DNA of 60,569 bases from positions 1 to 60,569 of the forward strand of contig DATBEX010000049.1 of assembly GCA_036558805.1 (NCBI GenBank). The letters run 5' to 3'. Under the pieces are notes generated by a model. That model was given only the letters and a program-made list of their open reading frames with translations, had not been told where the DNA came from and did no database searches. The stretch comes from Candidatus Udaeobacter sp. GTDB lineage: Bacteria > Verrucomicrobiota > Verrucomicrobiia > Chthoniobacterales > UBA10450. Both the position numbers and the translations under genes were made by a program. Shown in pieces: positions 29,166 through 39,382 of the stretch (position 1 is the stretch's first letter; each line of letters opens with the position of its first letter).

Positions 29166-30573
29166 CTCCGTCGGATGCGTGTGCGCTGGCTAGGAAAATC
29201 CGTGGGTAGTCAGTAGCTATGAGGTAGAAGGCAAACCAGAGAGGGCTTATCGTTCTAAAGGCTGCTTCTGTCCAATTGTAGAGGACTAGCGCGGCGAGAA
29301 ACCCCAGTCGATAACGACCCCATTCAAAGTTCCTAAAGAGGTCGACGCGTATTTTGCGGAACGTCGCAATAAACAGTCCAATTAGGAGAAACACTCCAAT
29401 TCCACCCAGGGTCAAATAGGTTTCCAGGTAGCCATTGTGAGCCTCGTTTGGAACAAAATAGAAGATCCCTTCCAATTGCTCGAGCCTTTTTCCCAACCAG
29501 AAGCTCTCAAATCCTGCCCCGAGGATCGGATTGGTCTGCATTCCCAGGAGGGTTGTCCAGAGCCCTGTTCTTCCTGATAACTCCGAACCCCTACCTAGAT
29601 TCTCGGACATATGCCCTGAAAGCCCGAACATCATTTCTGCAACGATAAGCAGAACGAGGGCCGCCAACAGGTACGTCCCAACAAAATTCTTGTTTATACG
29701 GCGGCTGCCAACAAACAGTAGTACCAATATCCCTGCAGTCAGAGCTATACTGGATGTGGCGCTGTGCGCCTGTGTGAAAAGCCACCAGATACCGATCGAG
29801 AATCCAGCGATCAGCCGAAGCTCATTTCGTCTCCACCTGCTCCGCTCGCTATGCCAGGTTTGCAGAAAATACCAAAAGAAAAAGTAACCTAGGATCAGAC
29901 AATCGCCGCCCAGCGCGTTCTTGTCCGTGGTGATGCCTGTGCACACTGCCCCGCCCCAGGGGCTAAATCCCCGTCCCAATTCAGGATAATATTTGATCCA
30001 AAGAATGGAAACGGGGACGACGACGTAGGCGCATCGCTTCATTAACCGGATTAGCGCTTCTTTGAAATCCGGTTCCGTAATTACGATGAGGGCCATGATC
30101 GGATGACCAAGAACCTTGATCCACCGTTTTAGAGCTACCAGGGGAAAATCCGACCATACGATGGAGATCAAACAGTAAAGTAAGAAGACGATGAGCCAAC
30201 CGTTGTTGGAAACAACCTCTGAAAGACGGACTTGTCTTTTAGCGAGGACACAAAAGCCTGCGATAATCAGTGCAAAATAAACCCAGGCATCCAGCGGACT
30301 TCCCTCTTCCACAGAGGGAGCACCGCTCACGGGCAACCCGAAGATATTGAGCCAGGCGGAAATGGATCTTGAGCAACCGATTATCAGCCAAAGCAGCGGA
30401 AGCCAAAGGGCGCCGCTGATATCGGGTTTCTCGCGAATGTCGCGCCGGAAGAGCCAGACAATGAGTGCAAGTGTGAGAAAAAGGGCTAGCGGTGACGACA
30501 GCTGGAGCCCGAACAAGCTGGCAATGCGGGGTTCAACTAGATTCACGGAGAAGAGATCCTTGTCTCGGGCCAC
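29116..30573 (-). CDS. O-antigen ligase/polymerase-like (Wzy_C domain) membrane protein
   Basis: 485-aa polytopic ORF. AHSATSSIALTAGILVLLF .. SGRTGLWTTLLGMQTNPILGAGFESFW .. EAHNGYLETYLTLGGIGVFLL. Confidence 0.75.
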   Translation of the reverse strand: MARDKDLFSVNLVEPRIASLFGLQLSSPLALFLTLALIVWLFRRDIREKPDISGALWLPLLWLIIGCSRSISAWLNIFGLPVSGAPSVEEGSPLDAWVYFALIIAGFCVLAKRQVRLSEVVSNNGWLIVFLLYCLISIVWSDFPLVALKRWIKVLGHPIMALIVITEPDFKEALIRLMKRCAYVVVPVSILWIKYYPELGRGFSPWGGAVCTGITTDKNALGGDCLILGYFFFWYFLQTWHSERSRWRRNELRLIAGFSIGIWWLFTQAHSATSSIALTAGILVLLFVGSRRINKNFVGTYLLAALVLLIVAEMMFGLSGHMSENLGRGSELSGRTGLWTTLLGMQTNPILGAGFESFWLGKRLEQLEGIFYFVPNEAHNGYLETYLTLGGIGVFLLIGLFIATFRKIRVDLFRNFEWGRYRLGFLAALVLYNWTEAAFRTISPLWFAFYLIATDYPRIFLASAHASDGVESPEESSELVYADEP

Positions 30574-30604
30574 TCATTCGCAGCCCAATAAATCCAGAGA
30601 TCGG

Positions 30605-31144
30605 TTAGAGTGTGCGAAGAAGACGCGCCGGGTTGCCAACGTAAATACCCGACTGAGTAATGTCCTTTGTAACAACCGCCCCGGCGCCGATGACGACTTT
30701 ATCACATATCGTGACCGGAAGAATGGTGGCGTTTGTTCCAACGCTTACGTGCTTCCCAAGTTTTGTTGCTCGCCAAGTGTCAGGATTTGCGTCCGGGCCC
30801 CCGCCAACAAACGGATCATTGATGAACATGGCGCCATGAGAAATGAAGCATTCGTCTCCAATCGTTACGAGCTCACAGATGAATGAGTGCGATTGAATTC
30901 TGCATCGCTTCCCGATCGTTACTCCCTTTTGTATTTCTACGAATGGTCCGATGAAGCTGTTATCACCAATTGTGCATCCATAGAGATTGACCGGTTGCAC
31001 GATAGTTACGTTTTTACCGAACGTTACATTGACGATCCCTGATTGGCGGATTTCTGGCTTTGACACAAAGGTCTGGCCTGGTGGCTGAGCTAAAGGAACG
31101 TCGGTAGTCACGGATCGAGAATTCAGTTTATCCAAAGAGAGCAA
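30605..31144 (-). CDS. Left-handed beta-helix (hexapeptide) sugar N-acetyltransferase, WbpD/WlbB/QdtC-like
   Basis: 179-aa ORF with hexapeptide repeats IGDNSFIGPFVEIQKGVTIGKRCRIQSHSFICELVTIGDECFISHGAMF .. IGAGAVVTKD. The start codon is TTG (uncertain). Confidence 0.8.
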   Translation of the reverse strand: MLSLDKLNSRSVTTDVPLAQPPGQTFVSKPEIRQSGIVNVTFGKNVTIVQPVNLYGCTIGDNSFIGPFVEIQKGVTIGKRCRIQSHSFICELVTIGDECFISHGAMFINDPFVGGGPDANPDTWRATKLGKHVSVGTNATILPVTICDKVVIGAGAVVTKDITQSGIYVGNPARLLRTL

Positions 31145-31150
31145 AACCAG

Positions 31151-32449
31151 TCACCAGCTGATCTCTGTGAATTTCTTACCGCGAGAGTTTTCACGGGAAG
31201 CGTCTGTTTCCCGACCGAGTAGCGTTTCATAAGCGGTCACAAGGTTTCTGCCCACCTTAGCCCACTGCAGTTCCTCCGCGACGCGGCGACGGCCGTAAGC
31301 GCCCATTTTTTTCTGAAGCTCGGGCTTATCCATGAGTTGCGCAATGGTTTCCGCAAATTCCGCTTCATTGTTCGGTTTAACATAGATGGCAGCGTCTCTG
31401 GCAGAAAAGCGCGTTTCCTTCAGATCGAAAGAGACAATTGGTTTTTCGGCCGCCATATATTCCATCACCTTGATCCAAGTGGATTGGTCATTTAACGGGC
31501 TGGAAGGATCGGGGTCCACGCAAATATCGGCAGCCGCAAGGTTGGCCTGCAATTCTTCATCGGAGACGAAGCCCGTTAATTCAATGCACCCGTTAAGTTG
31601 CAAGGTTCCAGCCAGGTCGCGCAAATCTTGTAGTGAGTCCCCGCTGCCCATTATAACGCAATAAAAATCCGAACGGTTCAAGCCATGCAACAAATGCCGT
31701 AACGACCTAAGTAGATAGTCAACGCCGTCTTGTGGATTCAGGCTACCGATATAGCACAGAATCGACTTGTTCATTGCTTTCAAACGGACGCTGGGTGCGG
31801 CCGCTGTCATCCGCATCTGGTTCGGACCATTTCTTACAATGAAGATATTACGGGGATCCTTGTTTGCGCGTTCGATTTGTATTTGTTTGTACGATTCGTT
31901 TGTGGCAATCGTAACGTCAGCAAGTTTCAAGCTGCACCATTCTAACATCCTTAGAATCCGAGTGTAAGGTCCTTCTGCTGCGCTATAACGCGACCGGTAA
32001 AGCTCCGGGCATAGATCGTGCTGATCAAAGACAAATTTCTTTCCGAGCAGTTTGAACGGCAGAGCTGCTAAAAAGAGAGTATCGGGAGGATTGTGGGCGT
32101 GCATCACGTCGAAGCCGCGCGTTACAAGAATGTAAGCGCTAACTAGTAGACAGGCTGACGTGAAGTAGCAGTATTCAACAACATAACCCAGAAAGGATTT
32201 CAATTTAACAAGAACCAGATTGAATCGGTTGATCGTTGCCGATGGAGTCTTCTTGAACAGTTCCAGTGTTGGAACCCGGTAAACTTCGACGCCGTCCAAT
32301 GTTTCGCGGCTTGGCTGGCCCCGTTTCTGAAGCGCGATGACGGCAACCTTGTGACCTGCTTCCGTGAGTAAAGCCGCCTCGTTCCTGACCCGAGTGTCCT
32401 GTGGAAAATGATTCTCAACCCACATCAGGACTTTGATTGGCGATCGCAT
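31151..32449 (-). CDS. Glycosyltransferase family 4 (WbuB-like)
   Basis: 432-aa ORF. IKVLMWVENHFPQDTRVRNEAALLTEAGHKVAVIAL and a GT-B C-terminal domain. Confidence 0.8.
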   Translation of the reverse strand: MRSPIKVLMWVENHFPQDTRVRNEAALLTEAGHKVAVIALQKRGQPSRETLDGVEVYRVPTLELFKKTPSATINRFNLVLVKLKSFLGYVVEYCYFTSACLLVSAYILVTRGFDVMHAHNPPDTLFLAALPFKLLGKKFVFDQHDLCPELYRSRYSAAEGPYTRILRMLEWCSLKLADVTIATNESYKQIQIERANKDPRNIFIVRNGPNQMRMTAAAPSVRLKAMNKSILCYIGSLNPQDGVDYLLRSLRHLLHGLNRSDFYCVIMGSGDSLQDLRDLAGTLQLNGCIELTGFVSDEELQANLAAADICVDPDPSSPLNDQSTWIKVMEYMAAEKPIVSFDLKETRFSARDAAIYVKPNNEAEFAETIAQLMDKPELQKKMGAYGRRRVAEELQWAKVGRNLVTAYETLLGRETDASRENSRGKKFTEISW

Positions 32450-32475
32450 TATGGTCGGGTTGTGTTGTAGCTGTG

Positions 32476-33783
32476 CTACCAGCAGATGCCCTGATAATTC
32501 GGAGAAGCCTTTACGGTTTCGTGGGGCAGGCGAATCAAATCAATAATCAACTTTGAATCGCCGTTGTTGGTTACAGCTTCCTGAATGTTGGAACTGTTCT
32601 TGCCAACTACCACTACGTCACTGGCTGCTATGGCTTCTTTTGCGGAAGAAACCATCAACGATGAAATATGGGGTATTGCTTGCTCGATGTACTGTTTGTT
32701 GGCGCCTACGAGCCTCGCTAAGGCAACCTCTTCGTCGTAGATGCTCAATTTATATCCTTTGCCGATCAGAGTTTCGATCAATCCAACGATCGGACTTTCA
32801 CGGAGATCGTCGGATCCGCCCTTGAAACTGAGGCCCAGCACTCCGACACGATTTTTGCCAGCGTGGCGGATCAGATTGAAGGCCAGCTCGATTTGCTTGC
32901 GATTTGTTTCGAGCACAGCACCGAGCACCGGCATTTCCAAATCCAATTGCTTCGCCTTGTAAAGAATGGCGCGAACGTCCTTTGGCAGACATGAGCCGCC
33001 GAAAGCAAACCCGGGCTTCAGATAATAGGGAGAAATGTTCAGCTTTGTATCTTTGCAAAAAATCTCCATTACTTTGTGGCTATCCGTGCCCATCGCCTTA
33101 CAGAGATTTCCGATCTCATTTGCGAAGCACACTTTCAGGGCGTGAAATGCGTTGGAGGCGTACTTGATCAACTCAGCTACTGAAAGCGGCGTACGCTCTA
33201 CAGGAGTTTTTAGGGTAGAATAAAGACTTGCAACTCGTTCAGCAGCACGCTCGTCATCGGTTCCGATAATCGTAAATGGAGGATTATGAAAATCATGAAT
33301 AGCTGTCGTTTCGCGCATGAACTCTGGATTCATGCAGATCCCGAAGTCCTTTCCATCCTTTTTACCAGATTCTTTTTCCAGCAAGGGACGGACTACATCG
33401 TTCAACGTTCCCGGTAAAATCGTGCTTCGGACAACCACGACGTGGTAGCTGTTTGCTTTTTGTAGCAGCTGTCCGATCTCGGTTACAACTCTGTTGAGCT
33501 GGGAAAGACCCAGACTGCCATTATCATTACTCGGCGTGCCAACACAAACCAGGGAAACGTCGCCGAGGCTCTGCACGCGCTGAGTAGCTCGCAGGCGCTT
33601 CGCCTCGACAGCGCGGCCAATCAACTCTTCCAAACCCGGCTCAATAATGGGGCTTTTCCCGGAGTTAATGAGCGAGACTTTAATCTCTTGCAAGTCCACG
33701 CCAGTTACGGAATGACCCATCTCAGCCAAACATGCTGCCGTTACACATCCCACGTACCCCATTCCGAAAACCGTGACATCCAT
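32476..33783 (-). CDS. Nucleotide-sugar 6-dehydrogenase, GDP-mannose 6-dehydrogenase (AlgD)-like
   Basis: 435-aa [58 protein letters not shown] closely parallels the AlgD N-terminus as I recall it. GGSCLPKDV catalytic Cys. Confidence 0.8.
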   Translation of the reverse strand: MDVTVFGMGYVGCVTAACLAEMGHSVTGVDLQEIKVSLINSGKSPIIEPGLEELIGRAVEAKRLRATQRVQSLGDVSLVCVGTPSNDNGSLGLSQLNRVVTEIGQLLQKANSYHVVVVRSTILPGTLNDVVRPLLEKESGKKDGKDFGICMNPEFMRETTAIHDFHNPPFTIIGTDDERAAERVASLYSTLKTPVERTPLSVAELIKYASNAFHALKVCFANEIGNLCKAMGTDSHKVMEIFCKDTKLNISPYYLKPGFAFGGSCLPKDVRAILYKAKQLDLEMPVLGAVLETNRKQIELAFNLIRHAGKNRVGVLGLSFKGGSDDLRESPIVGLIETLIGKGYKLSIYDEEVALARLVGANKQYIEQAIPHISSLMVSSAKEAIAASDVVVVGKNSSNIQEAVTNNGDSKLIIDLIRLPHETVKASPNYQGICW

Positions 33784-33805
33784 AGAAGAAATTGTGTTGA
33801 TAGCT

Positions 33806-34783
33806 CTAACGTTGAGTTGACGCTGGAGTCTTCGCGATACCAGCGCAAAACTGTGCCACCTTGCTGGGAGTCGCGTTCCAAAACGCCCCGCTGTACCGAC
33901 GACTCACGTAATCCAGGAACGATTTGTAATGGCTCACCGGATATTCCGCTCGTCCGACTGGTGCGTCACCAAAGCATAAGTAATCAGGATGGACATCAAC
34001 TAGCGCCATTCCGCCGTGTTGAGCGATCCAATCGAGTTTTCGCAGCCAGATCTCCGGCGTCTTCTCTTGCAACAATACGAAAAGTGTAAAGTCCTGAGGA
34101 AGCGTATAGGGGACCTCAACGTAACCTCTTGAAGAAGGGCTGATGACTGGTGGTTCGGGGTTGATGGAGCTGCCGTTTGGGTGTGGCACCCAGAATGGGA
34201 AGATGGTGTGGCGACCGTCAGGCTGCGGTTCAAATGGGTCCGTATCAAAGGTAGATGCATCGTACTGCACATCGAGATCGTGCAACCAATCGAGGTGACG
34301 CAACATGAACCCTGATCTGAAACCCGAGGCGCCCCACTCACGCGCATAACTGTTGATCTTCGCGGCGCGGCGCTTGAACTTGCGTCGCGAGGAAAACAGA
34401 TGTCCATCGTGTTTCAGATCGTGAATTCCCACCTCGAACCCCCTGGCAGTCAGTTCCTCCCTTAATTCTGCTGGGACTCGGTAACTGCCTTCGGGAATAA
34501 AATTAAAGGAAGAACGGAACCCAAGGTCCAATTCCAATTGCATTAAGGATCGGCACCTGTTCAGGCCTCTTTTGCTCTCGACGTCGTGGGTCAGAACAAG
34601 CGCAAATTTCTTGCCCTCCGGCCACCCGGGCCAATTTTGCGGCGGGCGTTCCGAACCTGGCATAATCGGCCAAACATCTCGGGTGCGCTTGCGTAACCGC
34701 ATTGCCAGCCTTCGTCGAATCGCCGTTCGAAGAAATTGCGGGACAAACGGTTTTAGCCCGTAGTAAATTCGATTGCGTAACAT
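33806..34783 (-). CDS. Polysaccharide deacetylase-like (NodB/CE4-like) protein
   Basis: 325-aa [14 protein letters not shown] .. [13 protein letters not shown] .. GFRSG resemble the metal/catalytic motifs of the deacetylase fold. Moderate confidence. Confidence 0.55.
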   Translation of the reverse strand: MLRNRIYYGLKPFVPQFLRTAIRRRLAMRLRKRTRDVWPIMPGSERPPQNWPGWPEGKKFALVLTHDVESKRGLNRCRSLMQLELDLGFRSSFNFIPEGSYRVPAELREELTARGFEVGIHDLKHDGHLFSSRRKFKRRAAKINSYAREWGASGFRSGFMLRHLDWLHDLDVQYDASTFDTDPFEPQPDGRHTIFPFWVPHPNGSSINPEPPVISPSSRGYVEVPYTLPQDFTLFVLLQEKTPEIWLRKLDWIAQHGGMALVDVHPDYLCFGDAPVGRAEYPVSHYKSFLDYVSRRYSGAFWNATPSKVAQFCAGIAKTPASTQR

Positions 34784-34797
34784 GAGCTATCGCAGGT

Positions 34798-34935
34798 TCA
34801 GCGCTCGTAGTAAACGTCCTTGGGGCGCCCCAACGACGTGTTGAAGGCTTTTGTCTGCTCCGCGTGCTTCCGATCTTCCATCCGGTATGGAAGCGCGAGC
34901 AGGAGTATAAGCAAAAGTAAGAAGACGAATAGCAT
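34798..34935 (-). CDS. Candidate 45-aa single-pass membrane peptide
   Basis: Below the ORF-track size cut-off. Hand translation: MLFVFLLLLILLLALPYRMEDRKHAEQTKAFNTSLGRPKDVYYER. Fills most of the 233-bp gap between two operon genes on the same strand. No clear SD. Confidence 0.3.
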   Translation of the reverse strand: MLFVFLLLLILLLALPYRMEDRKHAEQTKAFNTSLGRPKDVYYER

Positions 34936-35016
34936 CCGCAGGATATTAATGATCCCAGAGGGGCCGTAAGCTAATCAGACATTGTAACCGCCGTGCCCCT
35001 CTATGAATGCGGCCGA

Positions 35017-37023
35017 TTAAGACTCGGAATCAAGCCACCTTGGGACGTAAGAACGCGACTTGTTTACCACGACGGCAACGTTCTTTCGTTCAGCTATCAG
35101 CTTTGCGTAGCTGCGCTTAATGACCTCACGGTTGTTTTTCTCTGCCTCGACCACGACCAGAAGCTTGTCCATGAAAGCAGCCATCCCCCACGTGGGACTC
35201 GTTTGGTCCAGCGGGGGCATATCAAAGATAATGTAGTCGAAGTCGCTAGCCTTCATATTCGGCATCATGTCGAAGAACTTTTTCAACCCGAGTTGCGCCG
35301 GACCCCCAGTACTAGGCGATCCCACTGTAGCAAGGTAGAGATTGTCCGCAGCCGAGGCTATGGAGTCGGATGGCTTAAGAGCCTTGTTCAAAGGATAAGC
35401 AGGTTTACCCTTGAAAAACGGGTGGACCTCCTCCGGTCCCAGGTTCACATCGACGAGAAGCACCTTACCGTCGTTTGTTTCTGAAAGCGACGCAGCGAGG
35501 CCAGCGGCAAGCGTGGAAGCTCCTCCGTGCTCCGAAACGCTGGCAACACCAACCAGCTTCGGTTTATGCGTCAAATGATTGAGCTCGAAGTAAAGACCAA
35601 GGCGGTCTCGGATTGCATCACAATATGGCCGAATGAAATGCTCGGATTCCCATGGTGCTAACTTGGGATTTCGCCGCCCTGTGGTAAGTGCTCCCTGCTT
35701 AGCCGATGAACCATTACGAGGCAATGCGAAGTGCCCGTTCGCGTAGGGGATCGACAGCATCAATGGAATATGTAACTGCGTCTCCAGTTGAAGCGGCCGC
35801 CCAACGGTCTGGTTTAAAACCAAACCCTTTAGCAAAGCTAATGCTATTCCGAGAGCTATCCCGCCGCCAGCCAGTGCCAAGGCAATCTTGTCGCGCGTTT
35901 TGGTCTCCAAGCCGGGGGGCGAAGGCCGCTGCACTGCGCTAATGTTAGGCATCTTGGATGGATCCAGAGCCTCATCGACGCGTGCCTTCTCGAGCGACGC
36001 GGCGAAGTACTTGTAATTGGTTTCATCCATTTCCTTCTTACGTTCCAAGTCTTCAATTTGCGGAGCCAGCTCCGAAAGTTGTTTCGTTCTCTGCTGAACA
36101 TCGCGAAGCCTGGTCTTCAGCGCTACAATTTTCGCCTGCGTCCCAGCGACCTTGCCCTTAGGGTCATCTGCAGGTTTTTTCTTTCCCCAGGTCTTCGTTG
36201 AATTTTCGCCTTTGTGACTAACAAGAGCTTGTTGCTCCGCTAGGTCCGCCTCAGCGGAGTTGAGTTGTTCCTGAGCTTTTCCGGCCTCAGCAGTAAGGGC
36301 CGCTGAGCCCTCTTTAAGCGATGCAATTCCTGTTTTCTCTCTAAGTGTCTTCAGAGCGTCCTCTGTCTGGTTTAAACGCGTGCGGACTTGATCGGTTTGT
36401 TGAGACACGAAATCAAAGGCGTCGGCAGAGCGATGGACTTCAAGATGTTTGACGAAATAACGGCTTAACAACTCCTGCAAAACGAGAGTCGCAACTTCCG
36501 GATTGCGGTTCTTATAGGAAATCAAAATGATGCTGCTTCCTTTTGTTGAAATTACCTTCAAACCCGAAGCAATGCTTTGCGCCGCTTCAGCTTCTGTTGC
36601 CGATGCTCCGGAAGGCGGCAACCATCGTTGAAGGCCGATCCCCCGCATTAGCCTTGAGAACAAGTCTTGCGGCGGTGGCAGCAATCGCTGGGGACCGAGC
36701 GCCTGGGCAACTTGAACTGCCAGATCCCAACTGGTCAGAATCTCGATTTCAGCGCCGATGACTCTATCCGCTTCCTGGTTCGACGCGGTTGCCGCTTTTT
36801 CTGCGTCGATTGGGTCGACGGCACTTCGTTCCGTAACATATCGCACAAGCAGCTTGGCCTGGGACTGGTAGGAAGGCGGAAAGAGGAAATAAACCGCCGC
36901 CGCAGCAATAATACCCACCGCCGCGCATACGATAATTGTTCGCTTTCGTTTAAACAGAGCAAAGAGAATATCGCCCAGCTTTACTCCAGAGTGATGTTGA
37001 GGTTCGTGTCGGATTTCAGCCAT
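35017..37023 (-). CDS. Polysaccharide co-polymerase (Wzz/GumC-like) fused to a BY-kinase-like P-loop domain with a degenerate Walker A
   Basis: 668-aa ORF with N-terminal Wzz-type TM (IIVCAAVGIIAAAAVYFLF), a long coiled-coil periplasmic region and a second TM. C-terminal VASVSEHGGASTLAAGLA (no Walker Lys), VLLVDVNL, FDYIIFDMPP. No C-terminal Tyr cluster. Confidence 0.8.
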   Translation of the reverse strand: MAEIRHEPQHHSGVKLGDILFALFKRKRTIIVCAAVGIIAAAAVYFLFPPSYQSQAKLLVRYVTERSAVDPIDAEKAATASNQEADRVIGAEIEILTSWDLAVQVAQALGPQRLLPPPQDLFSRLMRGIGLQRWLPPSGASATEAEAAQSIASGLKVISTKGSSIILISYKNRNPEVATLVLQELLSRYFVKHLEVHRSADAFDFVSQQTDQVRTRLNQTEDALKTLREKTGIASLKEGSAALTAEAGKAQEQLNSAEADLAEQQALVSHKGENSTKTWGKKKPADDPKGKVAGTQAKIVALKTRLRDVQQRTKQLSELAPQIEDLERKKEMDETNYKYFAASLEKARVDEALDPSKMPNISAVQRPSPPGLETKTRDKIALALAGGGIALGIALALLKGLVLNQTVGRPLQLETQLHIPLMLSIPYANGHFALPRNGSSAKQGALTTGRRNPKLAPWESEHFIRPYCDAIRDRLGLYFELNHLTHKPKLVGVASVSEHGGASTLAAGLAASLSETNDGKVLLVDVNLGPEEVHPFFKGKPAYPLNKALKPSDSIASAADNLYLATVGSPSTGGPAQLGLKKFFDMMPNMKASDFDYIIFDMPPLDQTSPTWGMAAFMDKLLVVVEAEKNNREVIKRSYAKLIAERKNVAVVVNKSRSYVPRWLDSES

Positions 37024-37034
37024 AGTTTTGTCTC

Positions 37035-38063
37035 CTAGTCGAGATGCGGATAGATGAGTGAGCCTGCCAGCCTGTTGAACACCAGCGGTAACCTGCCAAA
37101 GACTCTCTTGTGGAAGCCGGAATCACGGCGGGCAGGTCCTAAGCAGTGTCGGCCTAATGGATCGATTCGAAAGTAATCAATTGTTTCTTCCTGCGTATCC
37201 CATGAGAGTTTGAATCGTCGCAAACCGTCATTTTCGCAGTCGGTGCGACCGAAATGTAATTTTTCGACGCCGGCGCGCGCCAAAAACTGGATGCCTTGCC
37301 ACATCACAAGGTTATTTGCGCGGAATTCCTGAAACCTCTTGTCAGAAGCGCCGTACTTATAAACAGCGCTCTTTCCAAAGCGGAAGAAGATCGCCGCTGC
37401 AATTGGACGCGCGCCACGCTGTGCGAGGACAATGAATCCCAGACCGGGCTTGATGATATGCTCGTAAATGTTGAAGAAAAATGATGCAGGCTGTGGCGGG
37501 AGACCGTGGCGGCGGCGCGTTTGGACATGGAGGCGGTAAAAATCGCTGACGGCCTGGCGATTGCGGACGACAACCGTGCTCACATCGCTGCGTTGCCCTT
37601 TGCGAATCGCGCGGCGAACAGGACTGCTGAAGCGCTTGGCCAGCTCCTCAACGCGAAGGCGCAAATCCAGGGTATGCCCGAAGAATTTTACTGGGGAAGC
37701 GCAGGCGGATCGAAAGCATCTACCTCCGCGGATTTCCAAATGCTTCCACCGGCGTTCCCGGGCGAAGCAAATGAGACGATCCGTTATCACGCCGGCTAGA
37801 TCTGGATCAAAGATTAGCGGTTCGCAGACATCGCTGAATGGGAGGCAGACGCCGCGCCGTCCAGTTATTGGGCTCCGCACTTCCATCAGCGGTATTAACG
37901 CGACTAACCGGCGTCCGTGGGAAAACTGGAGGTAAAAAGGCTGATGATTATAAGTCTCGTGGAGAACCTTCGCCCAGGCACTGGTGTGGAAGCAATTGGC
38001 GTCACGATGCAACGCAATCACCAGGTCCCAACCGGGATTGTGAATGGGATTAATAATCCACAT
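37035..38063 (-). CDS. FemAB-family protein (EPS-locus type)
   Basis: The ORF track gives 37035..38210. ATG 38063 (MWIINPIHNPGW) avoids a 35-nt overlap. FHTSAWAKVLHETYNHQPFYL .. IPLMEV .. FKLSWDTQEE .. AVYKYGASD fit the FemAB/lipid II glycyltransferase-like pattern. Confidence 0.75.
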   Translation of the reverse strand: MWIINPIHNPGWDLVIALHRDANCFHTSAWAKVLHETYNHQPFYLQFSHGRRLVALIPLMEVRSPITGRRGVCLPFSDVCEPLIFDPDLAGVITDRLICFARERRWKHLEIRGGRCFRSACASPVKFFGHTLDLRLRVEELAKRFSSPVRRAIRKGQRSDVSTVVVRNRQAVSDFYRLHVQTRRRHGLPPQPASFFFNIYEHIIKPGLGFIVLAQRGARPIAAAIFFRFGKSAVYKYGASDKRFQEFRANNLVMWQGIQFLARAGVEKLHFGRTDCENDGLRRFKLSWDTQEETIDYFRIDPLGRHCLGPARRDSGFHKRVFGRLPLVFNRLAGSLIYPHLD

Positions 38064-38175
38064 TTGCAGCGGTTCCTCGCTGGTTCTCTGCCCTGCAGGA
38101 GACTCTTCAACAGAAGAGGGCGCGGCTTCTACGGGTTGTGGCTTGGTTGACTGAAGAGTTTTCAAAAATCTTTTC

Positions 38176-39294
38176 CTATGCGAAAGCTTCCACCCCAACC
38201 GGTTCACCAACGCAGCGCGCTACATATTCGACCTGTTGTTGGGTTAACTCCGGAAACATTGGAAGAGAAAGAAATTCGTCGGCCAGCCTCTCGGCGATTG
38301 GAAACGCGCCGCGCTCATAACCGAGGTTCCGGCACGCATCCTGAAGATGGATGGGAACGGGATAATGCACGGCGCAGCCAACTCCTTTCGCCTGAAGATG
38401 TCGTAAGACTGCATCACGCTGTTGCACTCGAATGGCATAGACGTGATAGACGTGCCGTGCGTAACTCGCCTCTAACGGTGTAAGAATTTCATCGATTCCC
38501 GCGAAAGCCTTGTTGTATTCCGAGGCATGTTTGCGGCGCCGGGAATTTGCTTCGTCCAGGTGACGGAGTTTGACAGATAAGACTGCTCCTTGAATGCCGT
38601 CCATCCGGCAGTTCCATCCCATCAGCGCATGGTAATATTTTCGTGACTGGCCGTGGTCTCGGAGCATCTGAATTTGTTTTCGCAACTCGGGATCGTTCGT
38701 CACGACCGCACCACCCTCGCCGAAAGCCCCAAGATTTTTTCCGGGATAAAAACTGAAGCAGCCCGCGTCAGCTATCGTACCGGCTTTTCGGCCTTTGTAC
38801 CTGGAGCCATGCGCCTGAGCTGCATCTTCAACGACAAAAAGGCCGTGGGCGCGTGCAAATTGCAAGATTGGATCCATGTCTGCCGGCTGACCGAAAAGAT
38901 GGACCGGGATGATCGCCTTGGTTTTCTTCGTCAGGGCCTTTTCAAGTTCCGCCGGGTTCATTGTGAATGTGTCCGGGTCCACGTCCACAAACACGGGTCG
39001 AGCTTTGCAGTAAGTAATCGCCTCGACGGTGGCAATAAACGTGTTCGGAACCGTGATTACTTCATCGCCTTCGCCGATTCCAAGCGCCAGAAGAGCGAGC
39101 CAAAGCGCGTCGGTGCCATTGCCAACTGCGATTGCGTGTGAGGAGCCGCAGAAGGCAGCGAACTCTTCTTCGAACTTTTCTACGAACGGTCCACCGGCAA
39201 ACGCGCTGCTTTCAATCACTTCGCGAATTGCCCGATCGAACGTTTCAATTAGGGGAGCGTGATGCGCCCTCAGGTCGAGGAAAGGAACTTTCAT
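38176..39294 (-). CDS. DegT/DnrJ/EryC1/StrS family PLP-dependent sugar aminotransferase (WbpE/WlbC-like)
   Basis: 372-aa ORF. MKVPFLDLRAHH .. AIAVGNGTDALWLAL .. FSFYPGKNLGAFGEGGAVVTND (the Lys in YPGKNLG would be the PLP-binding Lys). Confidence 0.9.
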   Translation of the reverse strand: MKVPFLDLRAHHAPLIETFDRAIREVIESSAFAGGPFVEKFEEEFAAFCGSSHAIAVGNGTDALWLALLALGIGEGDEVITVPNTFIATVEAITYCKARPVFVDVDPDTFTMNPAELEKALTKKTKAIIPVHLFGQPADMDPILQFARAHGLFVVEDAAQAHGSRYKGRKAGTIADAGCFSFYPGKNLGAFGEGGAVVTNDPELRKQIQMLRDHGQSRKYYHALMGWNCRMDGIQGAVLSVKLRHLDEANSRRRKHASEYNKAFAGIDEILTPLEASYARHVYHVYAIRVQQRDAVLRHLQAKGVGCAVHYPVPIHLQDACRNLGYERGAFPIAERLADEFLSLPMFPELTQQQVEYVARCVGEPVGVEAFA

Positions 39295-39382
39295 TGCTAT
39301 TTAATCGATGCGGCGAACTCTCGGAGTTACAGCCAACGCGTCACCGCGGCGCGCTGGGTTGTTCCAACGCTGGCCGAACTGG

